From positions 9,167-73,166 of the forward strand of contig CAYJKI010000007.1 in NCBI GenBank assembly GCA_964370935.1: DNA of 64,000 nt. Direction: 5' to 3'. Source of the DNA: an uncultured Ignavibacteria bacterium (GTDB taxonomy: Bacteria; Zixibacteria; MSB-5A5; CAIYYT01). Every line of letters begins with the position of its first letter. The first letter of the stretch is position 1. This document shows, piece after piece, positions 23,113 through 31,611 of this stretch. The position numbers and the translations under genes are program-made. The notes under the pieces were generated by a model. That model was given only the letters and a program-made list of their open reading frames with translations. It made no database searches and was not told where the DNA came from.

Positions 23113-24090
23113 ATGAAGTGGAGAAATCTGGTGCTGCCGAAAGAGGTAGCGACCGAAGGAGTGTCGGAGGATCAACGCTTTGCGCGTTTCGTGCTCGAAC
23201 CGCTGGAGCGCGGATTCGGTGTTACGATCGGCAACTCGCTGCGGAGAATTCTGCTCTCGGCCATTCAGGGAGCTGCGGTGACCTCGATTCGCATCGAAGG
23301 CGTGCAGCATGAGTTTTCGACGATCCCGGGCGTCTACGAAGACGTCACGCAGATCGTTTTGAATTTGAAGAAGCTCCGGATCAAGATGCATAATGACGAT
23401 CCGAAGACCTTGAAGCTGGCGATCAACGGCAAGGGCAAATACAATGCGGGCAAGATTGAAGCCAATGCCGATATCGAAATTTTGAATCCGGATTTGCATA
23501 TCATCGAGTTGACTGAAGACAAGAAGTTCAACATCGAGATCGATATGGATCTGGGCCGCGGCTATGTGCTGGCGGATCAGAACAAGCGTCCCGACCGTCC
23601 GGTGGGAACGATTCTGGTTGATTCGCTGTTCAGCCCGGTGATCAAGGTCAATTACAATGTGGAAAATACCCGCGTGGGCCAGCGCACCGATTATGACCGG
23701 TTGACGCTGGAAGTTACCACCGACGGCTCGCTTTCTCCGGAAGAGGCGATCGGCTACAGCGCCAAGTTGCTGGCCGACCATCTGCGCTTCTTCATTCACA
23801 TCGACGAGGATATTATCCCGGTCGAAGAGAAGAAGGAAGACGAAGAGATCGTGCGTGTTCGTAATCTGCTAAATACCCGGGTTGATGAACTCGAACTTTC
23901 GGTGCGCTCATCGAACTGTCTGCGCGCCGCGAATATCCAGACCTTGCGCGATCTCGTGACCAAGTCGGAATCGGATATGCTGAAGTATCGCAACTTCGGC
24001 CGCAAGTCGCTCACCGAGCTTAGCGCCATTTTGGAAGAGCAAGGCATGAGCTGGGGTATGGATATTTCCAAATTTATCGCGAATGAATAG
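23113..24090 (+). CDS. rpoA: DNA-directed RNA polymerase alpha subunit
   Basis: ATG at 23113 (MKWRNLVLPKEV…); N-terminal dimerisation domain and C-terminal domain (…SVRSSNCLRAANIQTLRDL…). The ORF-track start at 23068 overlaps rpsD. Confidence 0.95.
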   Translation: MKWRNLVLPKEVATEGVSEDQRFARFVLEPLERGFGVTIGNSLRRILLSAIQGAAVTSIRIEGVQHEFSTIPGVYEDVTQIVLNLKKLRIKMHNDDPKTLKLAINGKGKYNAGKIEANADIEILNPDLHIIELTEDKKFNIEIDMDLGRGYVLADQNKRPDRPVGTILVDSLFSPVIKVNYNVENTRVGQRTDYDRLTLEVTTDGSLSPEEAIGYSAKLLADHLRFFIHIDEDIIPVEEKKEDEEIVRVRNLLNTRVDELELSVRSSNCLRAANIQTLRDLVTKSESDMLKYRNFGRKSLTELSAILEEQGMSWGMDISKFIANE

Positions 24091-24108
24091 ATTGAGGAGA
24101 GTGATACT

Positions 24109-24630
24109 GTGTTACATCATGGCAAGAAAACCGCAAAGCTAAGCCGCACGGCCACGCACCGTAACGCGATGCTTTCCAACATGGCAGCGTCGCTCTTCCT
24201 GCATTCGAAGATGACGACCACGACGCCGAAGGCAAAGGCGCTTCGTCCCTACGTCGATCGTTTGATCACCAAGGCGAAGGACGGCACGCTGCACAGCAAG
24301 CGTCTGGTTGCGAGCTACATGCCGCACAAAGTCGCGTTGAAGAAGCTGTTCGAAGAGATCGCTCCGAAGATGGGCGAGCGGACCTCCGGATACTCGCGCG
24401 TGATCAAAGCCGGTATGCGCCGAGGCGACAACGCCGAGGTGTCGGTGATTGAGCTTCTGCTCGACAAGCCGGTCGAGACCGTGGAAAAGAAGGAAGGCAA
24501 GGGCAAGGCGACCAAGGAGAAGGGTGATGCTCCGGCAAAGACCGCGGCTCCGAAGAAAGCCAAGTCAGCCAAGGCGGGTGCTTCCAAGCCGAAAGCGAAG
24601 GCAGCAAAGACGGCTAAAGCCGGCAAGTAG
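24109..24630 (+). CDS. rplQ: 50S ribosomal protein L17 with Lys/Ala-rich C-terminal extension
   Basis: GTG start; the L17 core (…HRNAMLSNMAASL…) is followed by a ~55-aa tail KEGKGKATKEKGDAPAKTAAPKKAKSAKAGASKPKAKAAKTAKAGK. Confidence 0.94.
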   Translation: MLHHGKKTAKLSRTATHRNAMLSNMAASLFLHSKMTTTTPKAKALRPYVDRLITKAKDGTLHSKRLVASYMPHKVALKKLFEEIAPKMGERTSGYSRVIKAGMRRGDNAEVSVIELLLDKPVETVEKKEGKGKATKEKGDAPAKTAAPKKAKSAKAGASKPKAKAAKTAKAGK

Positions 24631-24668
24631 TGCATAGATAATCGCGAAAGCGATGATGATAGAGAAGG

Positions 24669-24701
24669 CGTCCCGACCGTGAGGTTGGGACGTTTTTTTT
24701 G
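24669..24701 (+). terminator. Rho-independent terminator after rplQ
   Basis: A 10-bp stem (cgtcccgacc/ggttgggacg, one G-U pair) and GTGA loop, followed by T8. Confidence 0.8.
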
Positions 24702-24871
24702 TTGGGGGGATGAAGGAAGGGAATTGTCGGAACCCCCTGGTGAGATGCTTCGAGAGGAAAGGCTCTGCGGGACGGGGGTCCAACCTACGCAACTTTGAGC
24801 TTGTGGGGGCGATGAGGGTTTGATAGTTTGGTGACGAATGAATTCAGGATTTTCGAGAGGGAGATTGTCAA

Positions 24872-25240
24872 ATGGGTAAAGGCTGTAAGGTACTGCTGAT
24901 AGTCGGGATCGTTGTGTTGGCGCTGGTCATCGTAGGCGGGATTATTGGCTACACGCAATGTGACAAGATACAGAGCTTCGCGGCGACTAAGGCCGTTGAA
25001 TCGATGGAAAAGGATGTCCTCGCCAATCTGCCGGAAGGGTTTAACGTCGATGAAGTGAAAGCGACGTTGACGGAGCTGAAGGACAAGGTCAAGCAACTGA
25101 TTGCAGACAAGAAACTTGATTTTGCCAAGATGTCGCCAATGGTGACGCAGTTTACCGAGGCGATGAAGGATAAGAAGCTGACGACCGAAGAGGTTACGAA
25201 GCTGATCGAGCAGATTAGAGAGTTTGTTAAGAACTCGTAG
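24872..25240 (+). CDS. Hypothetical small protein with an N-terminal transmembrane anchor
   Basis: 122 aa; one N-terminal TM helix (LLIVGIVVLALVIVGGIIGY), then a charged helical region. No recognisable family. Confidence 0.5.
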   Translation: MGKGCKVLLIVGIVVLALVIVGGIIGYTQCDKIQSFAATKAVESMEKDVLANLPEGFNVDEVKATLTELKDKVKQLIADKKLDFAKMSPMVTQFTEAMKDKKLTTEEVTKLIEQIREFVKNS

Positions 25241-25244
25241 CTCT

Positions 25245-25680
25245 TGAGTATGATGGCGGGTCTCCAAGAGGAACTGCGCTGAACTGAAGCGCGCAAGAAT
25301 AGTGAACGCCCTCACCCTTAATCCCTCTCCCAAGGGGAGAGGGAAATAATGAGTTGCAAGCGCACGAAATCTCTGGATTCCGGTCCCGCTTAAGGCGGGA
25401 TTTCGTAAGACTCAACCTCCGCGGGAATGACGCTTGGCGAGGCCAAGAGTCTTTATAAAGCTGGATTCCGGCTTTCGCCGGAATGACTTCGGCGTGGTCA
25501 CGAGTGATAATTAAGTAAGATGGCAGGTCTCTGAGGAGACCTGCCCTACTTAACTGCCCTGCTGAACTGTACCATTAATTCCGAAGGAGTGAATGTCGAA
25601 ACCCCTCGAATAGTGTTCGAACAGCCTACTGTGTGGAGTTAGGGGTTTCGACCTACAATTCACCGACAATTCACGGAAAC
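25245..25680. repeat. Mosaic intergenic palindromic repeat region (copy 1), a chain of stem-loops
   Basis: Contains hairpins ccctctccc/gggagaggg, ggcaggtctc…gagacctgcc and gtcgaaacccct…aggggtttcgac, plus the motif ctggattccggctttcgccggaatgac (25461-25487). It shares these sub-motifs and cgacctacaa with 36810-36960. Confidence 0.6.
25309..25343. repeat. Short GC-rich hairpin repeat CCCTCACCC-N-CCCTCTCCC-NN-GGGAGAGGG (copy 1)
   Basis: ccctcacccttaatccctctcccaaggggagaggg; a second copy is at 40931-40965. Confidence 0.65.
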
Positions 25681-25681
25681 C

Positions 25682-26290
25682 ATGATTCAATATTTCAGCC
25701 TGATAGTAGCAGCGTATCTGTTCGGATCAATTCCGTTTTCGGTGATCATTGGCTATTTGTTTGCCGGGGTTGATGTCCGCAAACAGGGATCGGGAAATGC
25801 GGGTGCAACGAATGTTTATCGTGTAGCCGGTTTGGCGGCGGCGATCATTGCGGGTTTGCTGGATGCGCTTAAAGGGGTGATTCCGGTTTTGACGGCTAAG
25901 ATGTTGTTTCCCAACACTGAATGGCTGTCAATCGCTTGCGGATTAGCGGCAGTTGCCGGACATATCTTCCCGATATTCGCCGGATTCAAGGGCGGCAAGG
26001 GTGTCAATACGTTGCTGGGGATGTTTATTGTACTGCTTCCGATAGAGATGCTGATCTGCCTGGGAGTGTTTGGAATCGTATTCGCGGCGACGCGGATCGT
26101 GTCGCTGGGATCGATGACGGCTGGAGTAACACTTTCAGTGATTGCTCTAATCGAAAAGTACATAATGGCAAAAAATATGTCAGTGCTTTTACTTTCCGCT
26201 TGCATCGGAGTGACTCTGCTTGTATTATTCACACACCGAGCAAACATTCGAAGATTGGTCCGGGGTGAGGAGAAGAAGTTATCCCGTTGA
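25682..26290 (+). CDS. plsY: Glycerol-3-phosphate acyltransferase PlsY (acyl-phosphate dependent)
   Basis: 202 aa membrane protein with SGNAGATN and FKGGKG motifs. Confidence 0.92.
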   Translation: MIQYFSLIVAAYLFGSIPFSVIIGYLFAGVDVRKQGSGNAGATNVYRVAGLAAAIIAGLLDALKGVIPVLTAKMLFPNTEWLSIACGLAAVAGHIFPIFAGFKGGKGVNTLLGMFIVLLPIEMLICLGVFGIVFAATRIVSLGSMTAGVTLSVIALIEKYIMAKNMSVLLLSACIGVTLLVLFTHRANIRRLVRGEEKKLSR

Positions 26291-26335
26291 CCAGACTTTG
26301 TGAAGTTGGTTGACTAACCTGAAGTCCGGGGATGT

Positions 26336-27343
26336 ATGGCGAGAGTTTCGGTTTTAGGTGCAGGAGGGTGGGGAATCGCTATCGCAAACCTGCTTGCCGA
26401 AACAGACAACCAAGTTATCCTCTGGAAACATGATCCCGCGGCAGTAAAAAAGCTCATCTTGACCCGGCGCGACAACTCCAAGTTGCGTGGTGTCGATATC
26501 CACACGAAGATTCAAATTACGCATGACATGAACGAGGCGATGGACGATCGCGAGGTGGTAGTCCTGGCGATTCCGACGCAGAATGTCCGACGCGTGTGCG
26601 AAAAAATCAAATCGACCGGTAAAGCCGTGCCGATTGTGGTCAGCCTGTCCAAAGGCATCGAGATTACGACACTGAAGCGGGTGTCAGAGGTCATTTGTGA
26701 AGTACTGGGTGACGAGGTAGCAGACCGGTTGGTCGTGTTATCGGGACCGTCGCACGCCGAAGAGGTATCCCGCAAAGTACCGACCTCCGTGGTCGCAGCC
26801 GGAAAACGGCACATGGCGCTGGTCGAAGTCCAACATCTGATGTCGACTGCGAATTTTCGAGTCTATACTTCCGAGGATATAGTCGGAGTTGAACTGGGGG
26901 GCGCGCTCAAGAACGTTATTGCGCTGGCGGCGGGGATGCTGTTTGGACTGCGATTGGGCGACAATACTGTTGGTGCCCTGCTGACGCGCGGGCTGGCGGA
27001 GATGTCGCGGTTGGGCGTCAAGATGGGAGCCAAGGAGGAGACCTTTGCCGGTTTGTCTGGGTTGGGCGATTTGGTGACGACCTGCGTGTCGTTCCACAGC
27101 CGGAACCGGTATGTCGGGGAGCGCATTGGCCGGGGCGAGAAACTTCCGGAAATTATGTCTACAATGACGATGGTGGCCGAGGGCGTTCCGACGACCAGGG
27201 CTGCTGTTCGATTAGCCGAGAAATATAATGTCGAGATGCCGATAACCCGTCAGGTGTACGAAGTCCTCTTCGACTCGAAATCTCCTGCCAAAGCGCTAAG
27301 TGACCTGATGAGCCGAGAACTCAAAAGCGAGGTCTACTGTTAG
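26336..27343 (+). CDS. gpsA: NAD(P)H-dependent glycerol-3-phosphate dehydrogenase
   Basis: 335 aa, N-terminal Rossmann fold VLGAGGWG, GpsA core; adjacent to plsY. Confidence 0.93.
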   Translation: MARVSVLGAGGWGIAIANLLAETDNQVILWKHDPAAVKKLILTRRDNSKLRGVDIHTKIQITHDMNEAMDDREVVVLAIPTQNVRRVCEKIKSTGKAVPIVVSLSKGIEITTLKRVSEVICEVLGDEVADRLVVLSGPSHAEEVSRKVPTSVVAAGKRHMALVEVQHLMSTANFRVYTSEDIVGVELGGALKNVIALAAGMLFGLRLGDNTVGALLTRGLAEMSRLGVKMGAKEETFAGLSGLGDLVTTCVSFHSRNRYVGERIGRGEKLPEIMSTMTMVAEGVPTTRAAVRLAEKYNVEMPITRQVYEVLFDSKSPAKALSDLMSRELKSEVYC

Positions 27344-27366
27344 AGAAAGAATGCGAGCGTGATGCT

Positions 27367-27723
27367 GTGAAGAACGGCGAAGAGAAACTTTACTATTCCA
27401 TATCTGAAGTAGCCGAAATGACTGACGTCAAGCCGTACGTGCTGCGGTTTTGGGAAAAGGAATTTCCGATGCTACATCCGCGGAAGAATCGCGGGGGTAA
27501 CCGCACCTACCAGAAGCGCGAGATTGTCTTAGTCAATCGGATCAAGTCGCTGCTGTATGAGGAAGGTTACACGATCGAAGGGGCTCGCCAGAAGTTGTCG
27601 GAGTCATCGCGCGACATTCGCCGCGAAGACAAGCTGATCGAGTTATTGGCGCAGATCAAGAAAGAGCTGATGGAACTGGAGCGCACCTTAACTTTGAACA
27701 GTCCGAACGGCTCGAAACTGTGA
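27367..27723 (+). CDS. MerR-family transcriptional regulator
   Basis: GTG start; HTH region YSISEVAEMTDVKPYVLRFWEKEF…; 118 aa with a C-terminal coiled coil. Confidence 0.75.
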   Translation: MKNGEEKLYYSISEVAEMTDVKPYVLRFWEKEFPMLHPRKNRGGNRTYQKREIVLVNRIKSLLYEEGYTIEGARQKLSESSRDIRREDKLIELLAQIKKELMELERTLTLNSPNGSKL

Positions 27724-27799
27724 GCGGGGCGGGTTCGCAATAGTTCCGAAATTCGATTGTATTCCGGCCCGATATCGCTTATTTTAGCCTCCCTCGATT

Positions 27800-27872
27800 C
27801 GGGGCGTGGCGCAGTTGGTAGCGCACTCGCTTGGGGTGTGAGAGGTCGGCAGTTCAAGTCTGCTCGCCCCGA
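27800..27872 (+). tRNA. tRNA-Pro (anticodon GGG)
   Basis: Manually folded cloverleaf with acceptor stem CGGGGCG/CGCCCCG. The D arm is GCGC-AGTTGGTA-GCGC. The anticodon stem is CTCGC/GTGAG around loop TTGGGGT. The T arm is GGCAG-TTCAAGT-CTGCT. Discriminator A; no encoded CCA. Confidence 0.88.
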
Positions 27873-27904
27873 TTAAGATCGTAGCAAATCCAATCCCACT
27901 TAAA

Positions 27905-28765
27905 TCAGATTTCCGGCGTTGTGTCGACTTTGATTTTAAGTCGATCAAGTATCTCTGCAGCGACTTCTTCAATGGCGCGTCGGGTGACGTCGACGGTTTC
28001 CCAGCCCTGTTTGGCAAAGAGCATGCGACAGAAGCGGAGCTCGTTGCGGACTTGCGTGATGTCGTGGTAGGTCATGATCGCGAGGCGCTCTTCCTTGCTG
28101 CCCATCAATAGCGTAGCGCGTTCTTCGCGGACGCGCGCCAGCTCGTTGGCATCAATCATCAGTCCAATAACACTGCCGTTAGGGGCTTTGTTGGTGCGGT
28201 TGATCAACTGCACGCCGAAGGCTTCTTCGGCTATGATCGGGATGTTGACGACCTTCAAACCGAAGTTACAAGCAAGGTACATACTGATCGGAGTCTTGCA
28301 AGTGCGCGACAATCCGACCAGGACAATGTCGGCTTCTTCGATACGGTGGCCGCGGCCATCATCGTGCTCGACGGTGTAGCCGATGGCATCGAGTTTGCGG
28401 TAGTAGCGGTCGTCGATGATCTGCAGCAAGCCGGGCCGATATTGCGGATGCACGCCGAGAAACTTGGAAAGCGTCTTGATCATCGGGCGCAGGACGTTGA
28501 GGTGCAGGATGCCTTTGGAGTCGAGTAATTCGTGGAAGTACTCGCCGTGTTCGACAGATATGATTGAATAGACAACCAAGTAGTCGTCGGTGATCTCCGC
28601 GACGATGGCATTGATTTGTTCTTTGGTTGTAATCGACTGATACGTTTTCTTGATGTGAAAAGCGATCTTCTGATTGTCGTATTGTGATAGGACGGCATCG
28701 AGAAGCCGCTTGGCGGTGCGACCGGTGCCGTCGGAAACGATGATGATTCTTTTGCTCTTGTCCAT
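27905..28765 (-). CDS. Kinase/pyrophosphorylase regulatory protein (PEP synthase / pyruvate phosphate dikinase regulatory protein family, DUF299)
   Basis: 286 aa; N-terminal IIIVSDGTGRTAKRL and P-loop-like LVGLSRTCKTPISMYLA are diagnostic of PSRP/YdiA-type proteins. No PEP synthase or PPDK gene lies in the window. Confidence 0.8.
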   Translation of the reverse strand: MDKSKRIIIVSDGTGRTAKRLLDAVLSQYDNQKIAFHIKKTYQSITTKEQINAIVAEITDDYLVVYSIISVEHGEYFHELLDSKGILHLNVLRPMIKTLSKFLGVHPQYRPGLLQIIDDRYYRKLDAIGYTVEHDDGRGHRIEEADIVLVGLSRTCKTPISMYLACNFGLKVVNIPIIAEEAFGVQLINRTNKAPNGSVIGLMIDANELARVREERATLLMGSKEERLAIMTYHDITQVRNELRFCRMLFAKQGWETVDVTRRAIEEVAAEILDRLKIKVDTTPEI

Positions 28766-28873
28766 CGAGTAAGTGCTCCTTGATCACTACAATATCAATT
28801 GCAGGTGGACAACACAAAGGCTTTGTTGGGCGGGCATAGGAAAGCATAAATTGCGATAAGTACTGAAAGGAAA

Positions 28874-29719
28874 TTGGCGATGCCGTTAGGATTTATTGGA
28901 TTGGGACATTTGGGCAGGGCGATAGCGCAGCATCTCATCGAGAGCGGCGAGGAATTGGTTGTATACAACCGTACGATGTCGAAGGCGGATGGACTGAAGG
29001 CTAAACGCGCAGAGAGTGTCAGCGCGGTCGCGGTGGATTGTTCAACGATCATTTTGTGTCTGTTCGACAGCAAGGCGGTGGCAGAGGTACTGCCGATTAT
29101 TCTCGCGAATCGTCAAGAGAGGCGGATGGTGATCGATCTGACGACGAATCATCATCGGGGAGTATTAGACTTTCATCGCGAATGCGGGAGTGTTGGGGGT
29201 GAGTACATTGAAGCGCCGGTATTGGGGAGTGTGGTACCGGCCTCGCGAGGCGAACTGACGGTATTGGTGAGCGGTTCTGATGCAGCATATCAAAGTGCAA
29301 AGCCGGTGCTGGAGAAGATTGGGAAGACGATACATTTTCTACGCGAGCCGGGCAATGCCACACGAATGAAGCTGATCAATAATCACTTGCTTGGAACATT
29401 CATGGCGGCGATTGCGGAGGCGATTAAGTTGAGCGAGAGTGCAGGGGTTTCGCGCGAGCAGGCGATAGCGATATTGAGTACGGGTGCCGGTAATTCCGGA
29501 GTGTTCAATGCGAAAAGGGAGAAGTTGATCAACGATGACTATGCGCCACACTTCTCGGCGGCGTTGATTCAGAAAGATTTGGGATATTTATTGGAACTTG
29601 CAGATGAAGTTGGTCAAGAAGCATTGTTGGCCCGGGCAACGAAAAAACTTTTCGATCGCACAATGTCCGATGAGCCCCATGACCGCGACTTCTCGGCGAT
29701 TATAAATTACTTAAAGTGA
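28874..29719 (+). CDS. NAD(P)-dependent oxidoreductase, 3-hydroxyisobutyrate dehydrogenase / 6-phosphogluconate dehydrogenase-like family
   Basis: N-terminal GFIGLGHLG Rossmann motif and a beta-hydroxyacid dehydrogenase-like core. The start is TTG 28874 or ATG 28880. Confidence 0.75.
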   Translation: MAMPLGFIGLGHLGRAIAQHLIESGEELVVYNRTMSKADGLKAKRAESVSAVAVDCSTIILCLFDSKAVAEVLPIILANRQERRMVIDLTTNHHRGVLDFHRECGSVGGEYIEAPVLGSVVPASRGELTVLVSGSDAAYQSAKPVLEKIGKTIHFLREPGNATRMKLINNHLLGTFMAAIAEAIKLSESAGVSREQAIAILSTGAGNSGVFNAKREKLINDDYAPHFSAALIQKDLGYLLELADEVGQEALLARATKKLFDRTMSDEPHDRDFSAIINYLK

Positions 29720-29727
29720 AATCTGAA

Positions 29728-29958
29728 TTAGCTGATCAGAGTTTGATCGTCCTTGCGGCGCGACATTGATGCAAGGACCACGGCGATGATTGGGAGAATA
29801 ATCGCCACGATGACCAGCAACGCGGGGAGTAATCCCAACATGCCGCCGCGAAGGAAGTTTGTAAATCCGAGAACGGATGACAGAACTAAAACCCAGAAAA
29901 ACAGTGTGATTCCAAGTAAGACTGTAGCTGCGCTAATTAATCTATTACGGTGTACCAA
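29728..29958 (-). CDS. Hypothetical small membrane protein (2 predicted TM helices)
   Basis: 76 aa, two hydrophobic helices, convergent with the upstream gene; no family recognised. Confidence 0.35.
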   Translation of the reverse strand: MVHRNRLISAATVLLGITLFFWVLVLSSVLGFTNFLRGGMLGLLPALLVIVAIILPIIAVVLASMSRRKDDQTLIS

Positions 29959-30078
29959 GTTAATCTCCTAATCGTACTCAAGCTGTATCGGAGGGGGAGA
30001 TACAATGTTTAGTCGACTGGAGCAATAAAAAACCGTAAAAACGAAGATTTTTCGATGTTTTTTTTGGGGATGGTGAGG

Positions 30079-30510
30079 TCAGGGCCGGTTGCGGAGGTGT
30101 CGGTAATATAGGAGGCTGGAAAGCAGCATCGAACTGCCGATGGCAAGGTAGAACGGGGCGAGGTAGGGCTTCGGTAAGCCGGAGTGACGGATGGCATAGC
30201 CCATGGTCATCATGATGATGACGAGGAAGTAGCTCCGGGCGTTTTGAAAGGCAAAAATACAGACCTTCTCACTGCCGGGAGACTGTTCGTAGATGCGGTC
30301 GATGTTTTGGGCCGCCAATTTGGCGAATTTGAAGCGGTAGATCAGCCAGCCAGCCACCAAGCCGCCGGCAAGGGCAGCCAGAAGATAGACGAACTTACTG
30401 TCAAGCAGCCAGCTAACGGCGACAGCGGATAGGAACAGGCCGGTCAGTGACCAGACGATTCCGGCGATCAAGGCAAGAGTGTTCCGTTTTGCGGCGGGTT
30501 TGCGAATCAT
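30079..30510 (-). CDS. Hypothetical membrane protein (4 predicted TM helices)
   Basis: 143 aa, hydrophobic segments throughout; no family recognised. Confidence 0.5.
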   Translation of the reverse strand: MIRKPAAKRNTLALIAGIVWSLTGLFLSAVAVSWLLDSKFVYLLAALAGGLVAGWLIYRFKFAKLAAQNIDRIYEQSPGSEKVCIFAFQNARSYFLVIIMMTMGYAIRHSGLPKPYLAPFYLAIGSSMLLSSLLYYRHLRNRP

Positions 30511-30674
30511 AGGCGGTCAGTATCGCAAGATTCGGGCGTCGGCGCAATGGCCAGTTTTGTCTTCAAGAAAGGGTTTGACACTGCTGCGCGGAGTCGTTTC
30601 TTAGCCCACAGAAATTTTCCGGGAATCTAAAGAATAAGAGCGCAATCCGTAATAGGACTGACGGAGGATAGTCG

Positions 30675-31589
30675 ATGTTTACGTTCAATCGTCTGACAGA
30701 TATCAAAGTCGCCGGTCGCTGGGCGAACGGATTGGCGATAGCAGTTTTGGTTGTTTTGGAGGTATTGATGTCGAGTTCACAAGCTAAGGCGCAAGATACG
30801 ACAGCGGCGCCGCAGTTCTATTTGGTCGAATTACACGGGACGCGGGCGGGCTGGCCGGATAACATGACCAAGGACGAGGAGCGGGTGCTGGGCGAGCACT
30901 TCGTCTACCTCAAGGAACTGACGGCCAAGGGAAAAGTATTAATGGCAGGGCCGGTTTGGGGGAAGTTCGGGTTGATAGTCTTCAAGGTGCAGTCGGAAGA
31001 TGAACTCAAGGAGATTATGGATAAGGAGCCATCGGTCGTGCAGAAGGTTCACACCTACGAGTTCGCTCCGATGGTGGTGGCACTGCTTGCGGACTATACT
31101 CCGCGTGACCGGTATCCCGCAGAGATTTCAGAACGGGTGATGTACAAAGAGGTCACCGTCAAAGCGACGCTCGATGAAGTCTGGCGCTCATGGACGACCA
31201 ACGAAGGCGCGAACGAATTTTTCTCGCCGTATACGAAGATCGAATGCCGGCCGGGCGGGCCGTATGAAATCTACTTCGACAATGAGTCGCCAGTCGGTTC
31301 GCGTGGCGGCGAAGGGAACAAGGTGTTGAGCTTTCTGCCGAAGTCGATGTTCTCGTTCGAGTGGAACGCGCCGCCGAGTTTTGGTGCATTGCGGGATGTT
31401 CGCACGCGCGTGGTTATCAATTTCGAGCAAGCGGGGAATGATTCGGTCAAGGTGAAGTTTCACCACTTGGGTTGGGGAGCGGCGGACGAATGGAATGCGA
31501 TCTATGATTACTTCGACCGCGCATGGGGCTATGTACTGGGCAATTTCAAGAAGCGGTTCGAATCCGGCCCGATCAAGTGGGAAGAGTAG
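30675..31589 (+). CDS. Secreted two-domain protein: YciI-like domain fused to SRPBCC/AHSA1-like domain
   Basis: Signal-peptide-like N-terminus, YciI-like segment (FYLVELHG…FVYLKELTAKGKVLMAGP…) and a C-terminal Aha1/SRPBCC-like segment (ATLDEVWRSWTTNEGANEFFSP…). Confidence 0.6.
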   Translation: MFTFNRLTDIKVAGRWANGLAIAVLVVLEVLMSSSQAKAQDTTAAPQFYLVELHGTRAGWPDNMTKDEERVLGEHFVYLKELTAKGKVLMAGPVWGKFGLIVFKVQSEDELKEIMDKEPSVVQKVHTYEFAPMVVALLADYTPRDRYPAEISERVMYKEVTVKATLDEVWRSWTTNEGANEFFSPYTKIECRPGGPYEIYFDNESPVGSRGGEGNKVLSFLPKSMFSFEWNAPPSFGALRDVRTRVVINFEQAGNDSVKVKFHHLGWGAADEWNAIYDYFDRAWGYVLGNFKKRFESGPIKWEE

Positions 31590-31611
31590 GCGATTATTGC
31601 AGCAAAATGGT

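Noticed and set aside
23092-23799. 235-aa minus-strand ORF antisense to rpoA
   Set aside because: Antisense to a conserved gene; spurious.
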